From assembly GCA_003971905.1 (NCBI GenBank), contig RSEE01000014.1, forward strand, positions 248,001 through 312,000: 64,000 nucleotides of DNA, written 5' to 3'. This DNA is from Moniliella sp. 'wahieum' (lineage: Eukaryota). Every line of letters starts with the position of its first letter. The stretch's first letter is position 1. Below the pieces are notes generated by a model that searched no databases, had not been told where the DNA came from, and saw nothing but the letters and a program-made list of their open reading frames with translations. The translations under genes and the position numbers were made by a program. This document shows, one piece after another, positions 11,829-25,130 of this stretch.

Positions 11829-12909
11829 TCACTCAATCTTAATGAGCGTTTGCCAATCCAATTCGCCCGAGGGCGAGGCGGCAGGCAAAATATCCTGTTG
11901 GTCAGAGTAAAGTTCGGAGCGCATGGCCGGGTAGAGAGCAAGAACGAGATCTTTTTGCTCATCCGTCATGCCCTCCTTCTTCACGTGCACATTCTTAATG
12001 TGCCGATGCATGTCGGCACGACGATGGGAAGCGTGGGGGCAATCCCCAAGCGGACAAGGGAACCGCTTGTTGTAACTCGGATCGTGGGTTTTAAGGTGCT
12101 CCTTGAGATTGTATGCACGGTCAAACACCAACGGGCATTGGTCGCACTGGTACATGCGCGGAGCGGCCGGGATAGCGTACGGGCTAGCGGCCTCACGCAA
12201 CGATTGGCGTGTCCGACGGTCAGGGCCAAGGCCCGATGCACCCAACGAAATCAACGGCGGCGGCGACACGCGTGCAGGAGGGGAACATTCACGGACCAAA
12301 GGCGAATGAGCACGCGGTTTAGGCTGAGGGGAACTCGTTCGAGTTTCCCGCTGAAGTAGCCCCTCAAGAACAACCTCGGCCGGGATTTCACGCTTCAGCG
12401 TGCACGCGACAAGTTGATAAACTGGAGCATGGCAGACACGGGGGTACCGCTTGCAGCCATTTCCTTGAGGCTGCTGCACACCGAATCGTAGTCCAGTCCA
12501 TCCGAGGAGGAGGAAGGCGAGGCGGGTAACAGTGCGGCTGGGGCGACGGAATGCGCAGGCGCATGCAACGATTGCTGGGACTGCTGCACAGGCGGCAGGG
12601 CAGACATGCTCATCCACAGCTCCGCCAAGTTGGGAGGGCGGGTGAGTCGAGCGGGACGGATGGTTCGCGGTCCGAAGGAGTGGTTGCGTAGGACGAAGGC
12701 GAAGAGGACGCCTCGCTTGACGACCCATAGCCTGCCAGACCGTGGTCCCAAATGGAGGCGCGCCGGCCTGCGGCACGCGGCAGCGGGCTGCTGGTTGAGC
12801 GACATGATGGACGAGAGGTGTCGTATTGCTTGGCGGGGTCGGCGATGATGCTCGACAGGAAGGCGTCGTAATCGAGCGCAGGAGCGGACATGGGGGCAAG
12901 CTCAGGCAT
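11829..12909 (-). CDS. C2H2 zinc-finger transcription factor (two fingers; frameshifted N-terminus)
   Basis: YQCDQCPLVFDRAYNLKEHLKTH and FPCPLGDCPHASHRRADMHRHIKNVH. Confidence 0.85.
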
Positions 12910-15241
12910 GGGGAGAAGGAGGAGAAGGCGGTGGTGGAAGTGCGAGGCAGGACGGGGAAGAGAGGTGGCTAGCAGGGATGGTTAGCCCACGAAGGCCTTC
13001 TTAATAGCGACCCACGAGCGGCACCTGCGCTCGCACCTCCAACCAACAGCAGCCCGCAGGGCGCCAGTGTCCCCTTGCATTGCATTTTTCGTGCCCCCCC
13101 GCGCCCCCGCCCGCCGAGCACATGGTTCGCCTTTTTTTTATCTCCGCGGCCTCGCAAGCAGACTGCGCAGCGTAACGCACCCGCACCCACCCCCTGCAGC
13201 GCCCGCATGGCGCCAGTGTATCCTCCATTCCAGGCGCCTCCGGCCTCCGGCGTCCCCGCAGCAGTCTCGCACAGATAACGTTGGTGAGAAAAATAACACT
13301 CTACGCGGTGGAACGTAGGAGACCACGTGACAGCCACGCGTAACGCGGGCCGGCCTAAGAGTCCTGTCAGATGCCTTAGGCCTTATGTCAGCTCCTGCCA
13401 CTGCATCACCGCATCACCAGGTTTCGCATATCATCACCCCCGCATCACATGATTGTCACATGCTATAACACGTGATGCATCATCGTTGACGCGTGATGCC
13501 TCGACCCTTCAAAAAGTATATACATCACTTGCCCATTGACAAAAAAGCCTCCTTGCCCAGCTAAGTAACAAAGCAGACGATTCCTACTTATCGATATCAA
13601 AGCGAACGAAGCTGAGAGGAAGGCCTACCTGTAATAATGCTTTTACTGGATCGGTTCATTGAGCCTCTCTTATACTTTATTGGGCTCACTGGTCGTCAGA
13701 ACGAAAAGATGGCGCGATTGGGAAAGGAGCCGGGAGGATGGAAGGTAGCATGGAGGTCCTGCAACATGAGATAGCAGAATGCATTAAGCGCCGAGAGCCG
13801 AGCCCCGAGGCTCGATGGCCGATGGCCGATGCCCGGAGCCCGAAGCCCGACGCTCTTCCATGCCCGAAAAGATCATCAAGTGGGACAAAGAAATGGAGGT
13901 GTGGATGTGCCACACACGATTATGAACATGGAACTCAACGGCAAATTTAACGTTTTGTGGGAGATGTAAAGCTTAAGGTTACAAAGTTGCCCTTTCCTCT
14001 TCTGGATCAATACCAATGACCTCTATTTGCATTGCCAGAGCCTCGTGATGAATGAATGTCAAACGGCATCGTTGGTGGTGTGGATCCATCACCTATCATA
14101 TGCATCGACACCCCTAGCGGCTGGGATCGAACGCTACCCCAGTGCATCCACGTTCCATGCTGGAAGTATCATAGTGCGGTCAATCCACACAGAGTGTGCT
14201 GAGTTCGGAAAGGGGGGCTTGTGGCCCCTGATGATACTGTTCAGCTATGGAGTCGATGAGCAGCTGGAAACTGAGGGCGTGCCAATGTTGAACCTGACAA
14301 ACTAAGAATTCGAGGTCCGGTCCGAGGGGTCCAGCCTCAGGCCACGATGCCCACCACGCCGTGGTCGTTGCCTCTGCAAATGTTGTGGTCGGTGAAGCTT
14401 GAAGCTCCGGAAGAAGCTTGAAGTACCCAGCGTGCGCCGCATGTCCAAACAATAGCAAGGTATACTGGCCACGATGGTCTTATCTCTGCCCTGGGTTTTA
14501 CCTAGGCGCCACAGTTCAAGATGGTGGTGGTGGTGGGTGGTGATGCAGTGATGGGGCATGGCTACAATGACGCGAATGTGGTTTTTGCTGGTGGGGCCAA
14601 TCGATCATCCACCATACATAAATGATCATCGATTGTCCCGCCACACAGGCACAGTGGCTGTTGTCCCCTTGAAACCATGAGCGACAGGCGGTAGGGTTAT
14701 TTGCAGTGCCGCAGAATGGCACTATCCTGCTCCCACCACTCTACACTGCCGCTGTGCCTGGCGCCCTACATCAGTGCATCATAGCGTCCCCGCTCATGAG
14801 CATGACCTCTATAGAGCTAGTATCAGTTTGGCATTATTTTTGCGGGTTACCACCCTAGCTATCCTATACCCTCGCTTCGAATCCGCAATCAGTCCAGAAT
14901 GGCAATACCGTTTGCCAGTTTGCCCTCATTTGCTTGATCGACATGGTGCTGAGATCTGTTCTCTCGAATGCGCTTCATATCATCGCGGATAATATAGATC
15001 ACTCGTTAGCGTCTCGTATCGAATACCATCTCCCTAGTGCAGCTGACCCACCCGTGTCTCTTCGCTGAGTCGCATTGATATCAAAGAGAGGTATATAACG
15101 TGCGCTTGTGGTCCCCATCGTGCCCTCTCCATCCACACCCACCTCTCCTTCCTTGTTTCTGGCCAAGCGTCCCGCTTCCTCTCGCATTCTTTTTCTTTCC
15201 CTCTCTTCCCTTGATCTCTTTCTCTCTCGCACACTCCTACA

Positions 15242-15996
15242 ATGGGTCTCCTTCACGTTCCTAGCTGGGCCGACTACGGCAACCACGAGTACCGTCAAGA
15301 CCAATACTCATACGGTGTCAAAGCGGCCGCGGCAGGAGCCTTGAGTGGTGTCGGCTTGACCGTGCCCCTTCTTCTCGCCGCACGTCGGGCAGTGCCGGCT
15401 GTGCGCAAGATGCACTCGAGCGTGACCTGCTCCTTGATCGTATCGGCGGCCATCTTCGGTGGGGTATTTGCGGCCGACAAGGGTGGTCTGCGCTTTGGGC
15501 GGATGAACCGGTCGGACCACGGCCATGCCGTTCTGTCCCAAGCGCAGCTTCGCCAAAACGAGATTTGGCGTGAGCTTTCTCCTCGTCAAAAGGCCCTCAC
15601 TTTCCTGAAGGACAACAAAGTGGCTGTTGTCGCTACTGGGTACGTTTTTCCCCTCCCTCACGGTCATTCCTTTCTTTGCTACGCAATCTCTCGACCCGCA
15701 GTTGAAAAATGCCAATACTAACATTCCCTTATCCTTTCCCCAGCGGCATTACTTCTCTTGCACTCTTCTTCCTGTACCTGCAACGTCAACCGATGTCGGC
15801 TTGGCAGAAGCTGGTCCAGGCACGTGTATGGGCTCAGGGGGTGACGGTTACCAGCGCCCTTGGCATAACCGGTCTTTGTTCGGTGTCCACTCCGGGTGAC
15901 GAGCTGGAGAAGGTGCGGAACCAGGCGGAACGTGACTCTTGGTTGTCGCTCCTCAATGTTCAGGGAGTAGAGAACTACACAACTGTAACGAAGTAA
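15242..15996 (+). CDS. HIG1-domain mitochondrial membrane protein, Rcf2-like (one intron ~15640-15743)
   Basis: Two N-terminal TM segments, FLKDNK, then the QKLVQARVWAQGVT QRRQ-type motif. Confidence 0.8.
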
Positions 15997-16416
15997 AGCG
16001 ACATAAGGAAGCTTGACTGGACTTGTGCCATCCTTCCAACCTGGTCTCTCTGCCGTGATGGACCGTGCGAAAGGATGGTCGTCCAGAGCGGACGATGATA
16101 TGAACCTGACGAATTTCCCGACCATCAATACGATCCCTCACAATTGTGGCACAATCGGGTCCGTGTGACACGTGTTAATAGAACGAGTAGAAGCGTGACT
16201 TGGTGTTAGCATACGTCTCTTCGTCAATGTAGTTTTACCTCTTTTATCTGCAAACAGGAGGGTCGGACGGTTTGACGAGTATAGCTCGTCCTTTCCATAC
16301 ATTAATCTGACTAGCTGGAGCATCTACTGCGACCCTCGCCAGCATTAACGCTATCGGAACAGAACGTGGACCATACAATCGAATCAGCTTAACTGGCCTC
16401 GGAGCGGGCATAGGCC

Positions 16417-17782
16417 TTAGGCACTTGGCTGCTCTTCTGCACTTCGTTTGTCTCCTGTAGCAGGCGCCTTGCCATTCGTATCAGGCACCGAGGGCGACGC
16501 CGACGCCTTGCCCGAGTCCACAGGCTTAGTGTCCGTCTTCCGCCGTTTGACGCGAGACGACAGATCGTTGACTGGAGCAGGAGCAGCGGGTGCAAAGGGG
16601 GGTACCAGAAGCGCTGCCTCCCGTGGCCGAGTTGGTCGAAGCGCCCAAAAAGGCTTCTTGGATGGTCTTTTGGAGCGCCTCCTTGCTTCCCAAGGGAAAT
16701 GCATCCGAAGAGGACGTCTCGGCCTTGGTCTCGGAGAGTTTGAGCTCCAGGTCGCCCAGAAGCTCCATCACCTCCTGCAATTCGGCTTGAACTTTGGGCA
16801 AGGTACCGAGAGGAACAATATCATCGAAACGTTGGGTAGACTGGGGCACATTCCCCTCACTGGCCTTGAGCTTCTCTGCAAACGCTTCTACCTCAACTTT
16901 GCGTAGCTGAAGGGCATCGATTGCCCCCTTGACCAACTCGGTGGCCTTGGCACGCGCAGCCACGTCAGGGTGGTACTCGAGTGCCAATGCGGTGCGCAGA
17001 CGGCCATCGGCGACGCGGCGGTGATACTTGGGGAGACCAAGCTTGGTAGCGTCCTCCACCACATCCAGACTTGCCTCATAATCCGATGCGGCTTGAGTAA
17101 AGTTTTCCATTTCGAGTCCGAGGTCGCCCAGGTCGGAGAGCACATCGCTCAGCTCGAGCCATACATCCTTCTCATCAAGATGTTTGCCATCGTACGTGAT
17201 CAATGTCGGACCAGATGAGGAAGAGGATGCAGCCAACAGTTTGTTGTACGCGACGCGAGCCATATCAAGAGCCCCAAAGGCCAACCCCAAATCATCTTGC
17301 TCCTCCTCCTCCTCCTCAGGTTCGGCAGCTTGCTCGTCCCCTTCCTCTTCTTCCTCGTAATCGCCCCCAAAGTGAAAGCGGCCGCCATTGGCCGAGGAAC
17401 CATCGACCACCTTGCTCACTGCGGCAGCTGTGGGGGGCGGGGCACCGCCCAACGCACCCGAGTTGGCAATGGCCAGTTGCATCAAAGCACGGCCATACTT
17501 ATGAAGGATGGGCGCCAAGTTGGGCGAGTTGGGTCCATAAACCGGACCGTCCGACGCGGTGCTCTTTCCCTTGCCCTTGCCCTCAACCGAAGCCGGAGCG
17601 GGTGGGTCCACTTGGCCCTCGAGAATCTCGAGTACCTCAGCCAATTTGTCCGCGGCGGCCTCCCAGTGCTTGAGGCCAAGTTCGCGGCAGCCCTCCTCGT
17701 TGTACAGTTGCCGAGTGGGCGACGGGGGAGGCACGTCCGCGTCGGGCATGGTGCGTGGCAGTAGCAGTGGCGGTGGGGGCAT
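16417..17782 (-). CDS. NASP/Hif1/Sim3-family SHNi-TPR histone chaperone
   Basis: LAPILHKYGRAL, acidic insertion, DDLGLAFGALDMARVAY, LGDLGLEMENFTQAASDY, and C-terminal PVNDLSSRVKRRK after a frameshift. Confidence 0.88.
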
Positions 17783-18021
17783 GGTGATGGGAGGGGAACG
17801 ACAAGCGCGGTTTTTCGCGTGGGCTGCGGGATCTCATCTCCAATTTCGCAAACCACGCGACGTGGATGGGTGAGCACGTGAGCGTGACGCGTGAGCCCTC
17901 GTAAGCAGTAGGGTTGGCGCCCCCGTTTGGTCGCGCTGCCGCATGCTAGGGTTAGCCTCCCCGCGTCGCGTCCACATGAGCAAGCAATGGGGCGGTTGAG
18001 CCCATCCCAGTGCAACCAACC

Positions 18022-19671
18022 ATGCGCAACATCCCTCTCGGCGGCCCTGTCAAGGGTGTGTCGGCAACAAGGGAAAGAGCAAGGCCACCGCCTCGGCATC
18101 TGAAGCACCTGCCCGCCCACATTCTCGCCGCTCGGCTGTCCAGGCCTTCGTCGACGATGAGGCCGACTCGGGTGCTGAGCAGGCCAGTTCCAGCGGCAGC
18201 GGCAGCGACACGGGCAGCGCGTGGGGTGAAAGCGACGAAGGAGGATCAGAATCTTCCGATGGTGATGTTGCTCGCCCACGTAGGCGCGTCTCTGCTGCTG
18301 AGAAAGATGCGGCGAGCGACCTGAGCTTTTCGGAGGACGACGACCAAAGTCACACTTCGGACGACGACTTCGCCCCACGCGACACGTTTTCCCTGGCCAC
18401 TGGCAAGGCGCGTGGCAAAAAGCGGGTGAGAGGATGGCCAGGCCCAAGTGGCAGCTCAAGCGTTGGCGCCGCGTTGTCCCGGAGGAGCGTGATGCGGTGA
18501 CTGGGGAGGGGGGCCTGGTTTGGCGCGAGGCGCGACACATTCTCAATGAGCACTCGCGCCGCGAACAAGATGTTCTCAAAGCTCTTCTGCAACAAGCGTT
18601 GGCCAAAACGGATGCTGCTCTCGCCAAGGAACGCATTCCCCGGGAGCCACGACTTCCTTCGGCCGTCGTCTCGGCTGCTGCCGGAGGGTGGGGAGCCGCG
18701 ACAAGCGCAGCTGTGGCTGGTGGGGGGGAGAGTAGCTTGGTCGCCTGGAAGATGGAGGAGCAAGGGGACCTAGCGGGCCTTTTTGATGGCGACGAAGAGC
18801 GCGATGACAAGGTCAATGGCTTTGATGGCGAAATTGCCGACATGGAACGAGTTCTTCTCCCTGAGGCGGAGCAGACGGCCCATCTCTTTGCCGCCCGCGA
18901 ACAGCAAGACCAAGTGATTGCTCGTCTTAAAGCTGTACGAGATAAGCTTCGGAAAGAACTGAACGATACTCCGTCGAGTTCAGGGCCTAGTGTACGTACT
19001 TTCTCTCGTCGTATTATAAGACGCAATCCTGACATCTATTCCTTCAGGTATACCGCCAACTATACCCCACGGCCCTCTCGGGCGCGGTTACGCAGGAAGA
19101 TGAGGAGAATCGGGAAGAGATCAGCGACGATGCCGTGGCAGCTGCCACACAGGAGGCCGTCGATGCTGGTGTCGAGATTGAGGAGGACGAGGAGTCGGAG
19201 GGTCTGCGCAAGGAGCGCCCTTCGTCCCCGGCACCAGAGGCTGAAGACCCTAGTTCGACCAGGACGGATCCCGACGTTGCACCAAGGACATCGCAATCCC
19301 CCCGCGAACGTCCATGACACCCCGCCCCAGGCAGAGCAGAGGTACCCCTCATTCAGGAAGGATGTCTGGATCGCAACCACGTGGGTTGCAGAGCGCTAGG
19401 TCAGATCGCTCCCACCACCTAACCGCGGTGGACGGAAGCCTGACGAGTCCGCTAGGCCAACGGTCTACACGCAGCACTGCTCCCGTTTCCCATTTACCTG
19501 AAGGTCCGCGGGACATCCGTCGGATAACGGCAGTCAACAGGGATCTCCGACTGGATCTTCCCTGCACAGGGAGAGACGCCAGGACCATTAGAGGGATCGG
19601 GTATGGCCAGCTTCTTCTCTTCCGTCGCCGGGCGCGTCCGTGGTGCGTTCAATGCTACGGCCGAGAGTTGA
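18022..19671 (+). CDS. Hypothetical protein (acidic/coiled-coil, frameshifted)
   Basis: Coding-like overlapping ORFs (18434-19020 helical) ending GMASFFSSVAGRVRGAFNATAES*. No family recognised. Confidence 0.5.
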
Positions 19672-20335
19672 GCGCGTGGAGGTATATGCGCCTAGAGGAG
19701 AGCCTGGCTCTTATGAGCGCAACAACTTCTATTGCCTGTATGTTAGTAGTATTCCTTGTTGCCTTGGTGTTTGTTTCCGTGATGCTGGGTTGCATAGGAT
19801 ACCGCAGTGGATTGAGGCAGGGCAGGTGTCGTCGCAGTGTTCCCTCATCTCCCCTGGTTGAAAGTCTGATGATCCAGCATGGGGTTGAGCGTTGAGCTGC
19901 TCTCCCCCCTCAGGGCCAGTGGTGCCAGCAGGACTGCTTTCGGCAGGCAAGTCACGCTTGCCGCGTCCAGCGACGCGCAGACTCGCAATCTCCCTCAAGG
20001 GGGGCACGCGGTGGGCATGCTGGAATACTCCCTGGGTGGGCTAGGTCGGTATACCATCACGTGATGATGGGTTGCGTGTTGCTAGTCGGCTTGACCAAGG
20101 GACACTGCTAGGGTTAGGCTGGCGGGACATGACGCAATTGAAATTGCAATTGAATTGTGATTTGAAATTGAAAGTCGGGCTCTTTTGATTTCGCCCGTGT
20201 TCGATATTTCTTTTCGAGCATCTTCGCCCAGCTTCGCGAATCAACCAACGGCAGAGGCCAAAGACTGAATTTAAAGGACCCCTTTCTCGTCTCGCTCCCT
20301 CCTTGATCTTATCCTCCATCTCCTTCCCATCCACC

Positions 20336-21644
20336 ATGACCAGCTCCACTGCCGACCAGCTTCTCAAGTGGGGCATTGCCAACAGCTCGTCTGATGCACA
20401 CCAGTCCATCGCTGCATTGGGCGAGGACATCCAGTCCGGCAAGCGCGCCGATTTGGCTGATCCTGGCCTGTACCAGAAGCTGATGGGCAAATCCGAAGCC
20501 GACATGATGAGGAGCAGCTCACTGTGGCTGTTGATACCGGGCGCAGCGTAGAGGACCGTGCTACGGCCTTGGACAACTTTGAAATGGTACGCCTTCCCCA
20601 AGTCTGTGCCTCCCAAGATACACCCCTGCTAACACCCTTCTCTTTTAGCTCGCCGAGTCGATTGACAATGCCAACTTGATGGAGAACATGCAAATGTGGC
20701 CCGTCTTCCTCAAGCTGCTGTCCGATCCATCGGTAGACATCCAAATCGGAGCCGCTTGGATCGTCGGGACGGCTGTGCAAAATAATGATAAGGCACAAAT
20801 GGTGGTGCTGCGTCACGGTTTCCTCCCTGCCCTTCTCAACTTGCTGGAGCACAGTCCCTCCTCTGCGGTCCGAAGTAAGGTGGCCTATACCCTTAGTGGG
20901 CTCCTCAAGAACAACCCGCTGCTATCCGTGCTCTGGATGAACCAAGCTCTTCGAACGAGTCTGGATGGGTGACTTTGGCCAAGGCATTGCAAGACCCTTC
21001 GATCCAGCTCCGGCGCAAGATTACATTTTTGGTGTACAATCTGCTCCTTCAAGACGTCGAGCCCCATGAAGAGGAACCTTTGCCTGCTCCGTTTTCTCCT
21101 CCTGCACCTGCTCCAACTTCAGCCACGACCACGTCCGGTCCTGCCAGCACCAGCACTGCTGTCACTGTGACTTCCCATGCCTCCTCTCCTGCTCCAGCTG
21201 TGGATGCGGCTGCCCCGTTGGAGCAAGGGCCCGCCACAGCTGGTGTTGCCTACCCCGATGTACCCCTTCGTCTGGCCAAGGCGGGCGTGGTTCAAGTTTT
21301 GGCGAGCAGCCTCCTTCCTCAGGGGGTGACGCCAACCTCCCGCCGGCGCCTACCAGGCAGTAACGGACGTTGGGCCCGATGCGGACCAAGAGCCGCGGTT
21401 GGACGTGGACTATGCCGAAAAGGCTGTTCGAACCTTGGCCACTCTGAGTCAAAATGTGGCCCAGCGCAAGTCCCAAACGATGCGGGAGATGATTGGTTCG
21501 ACGCATTTTACCAAGTCCCTTCTCGTTTCGGTCCTTGGTGTCCTCGCTCAGCCTGCGCCGGGCGGAAGCGAACCATGGCACCAAGCTTTGGGAATCGAGC
21601 CTGAGGAGTGGGCCGCGTTCCAAAAAAACGTGCCGGCATTGTAA
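20336..21644 (+). CDS. FES1: Hsp70 nucleotide exchange factor Fes1/HspBP1
   Basis: QLLKWGIANSS, ALDNFEM/intron/LAESIDNANLMENMQMW, AAWIVGTAVQNNDKAQ, VRSKVAYTLSGLLKNN. Confidence 0.92.
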
Positions 21645-22143
21645 GCAGACCTCATGCATCATGTTCTACCAACTTTTGTGCAATATCAATGTTTTCCGTA
21701 CTTTGATTACACCGGAATCCGTAGCTTCTGCCTTCGGATTGCTCTGTCCAATGCTTAATGCCCCTGCAAACAAGATGAGGTGAAACGTTGGCTCTCGTAA
21801 CGATGAAGACATTCGCCTTGGCTTCTGCTCATGCGGCTGAAATGGGGTAGCAAACTCATGTTGTCCCGACTATATATAGACCGCTACTGCCATAGCTGAG
21901 TATCGACGTCATACTGTGCATCCACGCATCTGCCCTCAAAGGATGATGAAACGAGGCATGGAAACTACAAAAAACGAGGGTGTCTGCGGGACGGCAGAGG
22001 CCTGAAGCTTGAAGAGGGAAAAGAGCCCAGAGCAACGCCTCAGGGGATAAAGATGCGCTATGAGGGGTAAGGTGCAAGCTGCCCAAAAGGCATTGGCAGG
22101 GCATGCAACAATAGATGGATTACACGACACTCCCGTGAGCAGC

Positions 22144-22545
22144 TTAGTTGGAAACCGAGCTGAGGAGGTCCGAGTCACCGGCGTCCGTCACGGCAAGAAC
22201 GCTTCACAAGTTGATAAGTTAGTGGGCCGGGTATCGTGGAGGAAAGGAGGTAAGGCAGGACACGTACCCGACACGGAAAAGCTTGCCAGAGGCGGTGCCA
22301 AGAGCAACGTTCGAGCCCTGGTAGTGGTGCACCAGCGTCTTGGACAGCATGGCGTAGTACTCCAGCTCCGACTTGCGCAGGGGGGGTGTTGGCCGAGATG
22401 AGGACGAGCTTGGCCTTGCCGTTCCGCAGGTCTTGAGCGTGCTGGAGTAGCCAAGCTGGACCTTGCCCGACTTCATGACAAGTTGCAGCTTGCCATTGAT
22501 GTTCTCCTGCGTCGAGGTCTTCTTCTTGTTGCTCACAGGCGCCAT
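22144..22545 (-). CDS. RPL30: 60S ribosomal protein eL30
   Basis: [46 protein letters not shown], intron, [18 protein letters not shown]. Confidence 0.96.
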
Positions 22546-23230
22546 CTTGGACTGCAGATCCCATCGACGTCAGTATCTCCCACCCCTGTAAGCGGCATCC
22601 AAAGTGATCTGCTTGGCCCAGGAAAGGCGCATGACGCCCGCCTGGACGAGCTAGACCACACCGAGATAGACCTCACTCTCAGGACCACGGTACTCACAAG
22701 GTGTCACAAAGTCGTCGGTGAGGACGAACAGGACGGCCGTGGGGCGATGTTTGGCTACGCCGGCTGCTTCAGGGGGCAACAGGGTTACAACAAGGCATCG
22801 GGTACACTGGCGAGGTGCACATTCGCCGCAGCACATGGCGCAGACAATTATGCAACTGGCGCCATGCTACACAAAAGTTTATTTTACACTAGGGTTATAT
22901 CTTCTTAGCAGCAACCCTACCTTCTCGCCTCGGCGTCTCCTGGCAGCAGCCCAAACGTCTGTCAGCAGCACCATCGAGTGTCACTCCAAGTAGCAAGGTG
23001 AGCTTCCCCTCCCAGAGGAGTTTGCGTCCGGTTGGCCCCTGGCGTGACCTTCCCGCGGCTTCTGGCTTCACTTCGAAACGCCTGGACCGCTCGTGCTGTC
23101 GCCCTGATCTGTTGCGACCCATGGACGTCGCGTTGCCGTGTCCACTGGGCCTGTAGGCGCTGGGGCCTGGGCTACTGCGCATGCAAGTGCTCGAAGCAAT
23201 TTTCTGACCTACTTGAACCTCCCAGACAAA

Positions 23231-23495
23231 ATGACGCGCGGTACTACTTCCTTCGGTCTGCGCCACATCAAGGCGCACACTCTGTGCGCCGGTGCGGCAA
23301 GCGCTCGTTCCACAAGCAGCACAAGGAGTGCGCTTCGTGCGGCTACCCCTCGGCCAAGACCCGCTCCTACCAGTGGGGCCAGAAGGCCATCCGGAGGCGT
23401 ACGACCGGCACGGGCCGTATGCGCTACCTGAAGACGGTCCCCCGCAAGGCCAAGAACGGATTCCGCACCGGTGCCCCCAAGGCTGCTCGACCTAA
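23231..23495 (+). CDS. RPL37: 60S ribosomal protein eL37
   Basis: [68 protein letters not shown]. Upstream intron GTGAGC 22997 to CAG 23225. Confidence 0.96.
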
Positions 23496-24279
23496 TCCCC
23501 TCGGGCAGGCAGTGGCAATGTTATGGCGTTGGCTAGTCCCTTGTCTTCTATGTGAGATGTGGGTACTGAAGCTTGTCTGTCCCTTTTCCCCAAAGAGGGA
23601 CGGTTCACGTCGTATTGCCCTTTGTTCCTCGTCCACCTCATGTGGATATCCCGATTGAAAACATCCCGCTGGCCCAGCAGCGCTTTGCAGCCGTTTTGCT
23701 TCGCTGTGGTTACGCTCCTATGCTCTTCCCAATCGTGGACGCACATTGGCCAGATGCATGATGCATGCCATCCTTTCCCCCATCTCTGTCCTTGTTAGCT
23801 TCTCTGAGATAGGAAGGTCCTTCATAACTCCTTGGTCGCCGGCAGTTTGTAGATCCAGGTTCGGATGAATGCTGCTGTAGACTAGAGACTTTCGTCAGCA
23901 ACTCACCCTGCCTACAGACAGCAAATGTATGTATTAGCACCATCAGCTGTACTTCAAACCCCAAAGGAACTAGACCCCAGTTGAGAGCAGGACCCAATTA
24001 TTATATGGCGGTCTCAGTCGGCTAATACTGTTCCCAAGTAGCAGTCTGCAGCAGCCTTCAGCACAAAGGGGTTCCAAACATGCTGATGTAGTAGGTTTAT
24101 CAGATTCAAACATCAATGTCATTGGAAAGAGAATGTTACTGCTGTGGGCCATGACTCGTAAGCGACCCGTAGCGATGAAGGCTTAGAAGCAGGTGTGGCT
24201 AAAGTCCGTTCTTCTGAGATGGGTGAAAGGGTGCAACGAAAACCTGGCTGGCAAAAGAAAGTAGTTGGGCAGAACCCGT

Positions 24280-25130
24280 TTACCAACTCCAGGAGAAGAA
24301 GAGAAAGAGCAACAAAGAAACCAGCTGGTCTATTAGTTGAGCAGCTTGGGGTTGTGGAACCAGAGAGCATGCTGCATGTACTGCCCCGACGTGTACGTCT
24401 CGACGCCCGTCCTCAGCATCGTCTTTGTAAAGTGCATGTTCGGTGGTTGAGCTTACTGGGCCACTGACCGCTTCGCCTTGGAAGGAAAAGCGAACAATTC
24501 CTTGCTTAAAGTCAGCCCGCCACAGCTGGTCAGCCAGCTGGGTAACATTGTCCTTGGCACAGTACTCCCACGTAACATAGTGGTACCCTGTCTTGGGGGC
24601 AGCGGCAACCGCGGGAGCAGCAAGGCACAAGCCCGAGAGGGTACCGTTGTTGGTCAAGGACTGCAGCTGGCCCCAAAGGTGTTGCCGAAAGGCTTGGTTC
24701 CAATCGCCCCGCCAACAGTCACGTTCAGCTCTGGGGCCTGGGACGCAGAGAACTCAAACAAGCCATCGCTGTACTGGCTAGGGCTGTTCTACAATCAAAA
24801 TAACGGGTGCGAGCAAGTTAGTTGTATGTGCATGGAAGGACCGCATGAGCTAAAGCGAGAGGGCGGGGGGGGGGGGGGTAACGGAGGAGAACGACATACA
24901 GCTGTGTTGCCTACGGTGAGGTGACCACCGTGAGTGCCACTTCCAAAGATAACGGATGTGTTTTGGCTGGTGCTTGGGTCTTCGGTGCCCCACACCAGCT
25001 TTCCCGTAAACTCAGGCTTGGATCCGATGGGCGAAGAGCGGGAGACAGCGGGAGCGGGAGCAGCAGTCGCGCTGGACGCAGTCAAGGCGAGCAGAGCAAA
25101 AGACGCGAGGGAGGGAGCCAATGCGAGCAT
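24280..25130 (-). CDS. Secreted protein, possible ricin-B/beta-trefoil-like segment (3' end uncertain)
   Basis: Signal peptide MLALAPSLASFALLALTASSATA, an intron, then GLCLAA...VTWEYC...QLW. TATAA upstream. Confidence 0.6.

Noticed and set aside
13900..14990. Short Cys/Trp-containing ORFs, possible TE remnant
   Set aside because: No recognisable domain in any frame.
17482..19035. 517-aa minus-strand ORF and similar long antisense ORFs (e.g. 8878-9909, 38126-39184)
   Set aside because: Arg/Pro-rich shadow frames of GC-rich genes on the opposite strand.
21940..22006. C/D snoRNA-like ATGATGA...CTGA
   Set aside because: No terminal stem or recognisable rRNA guide; the motif pair is expected by chance.
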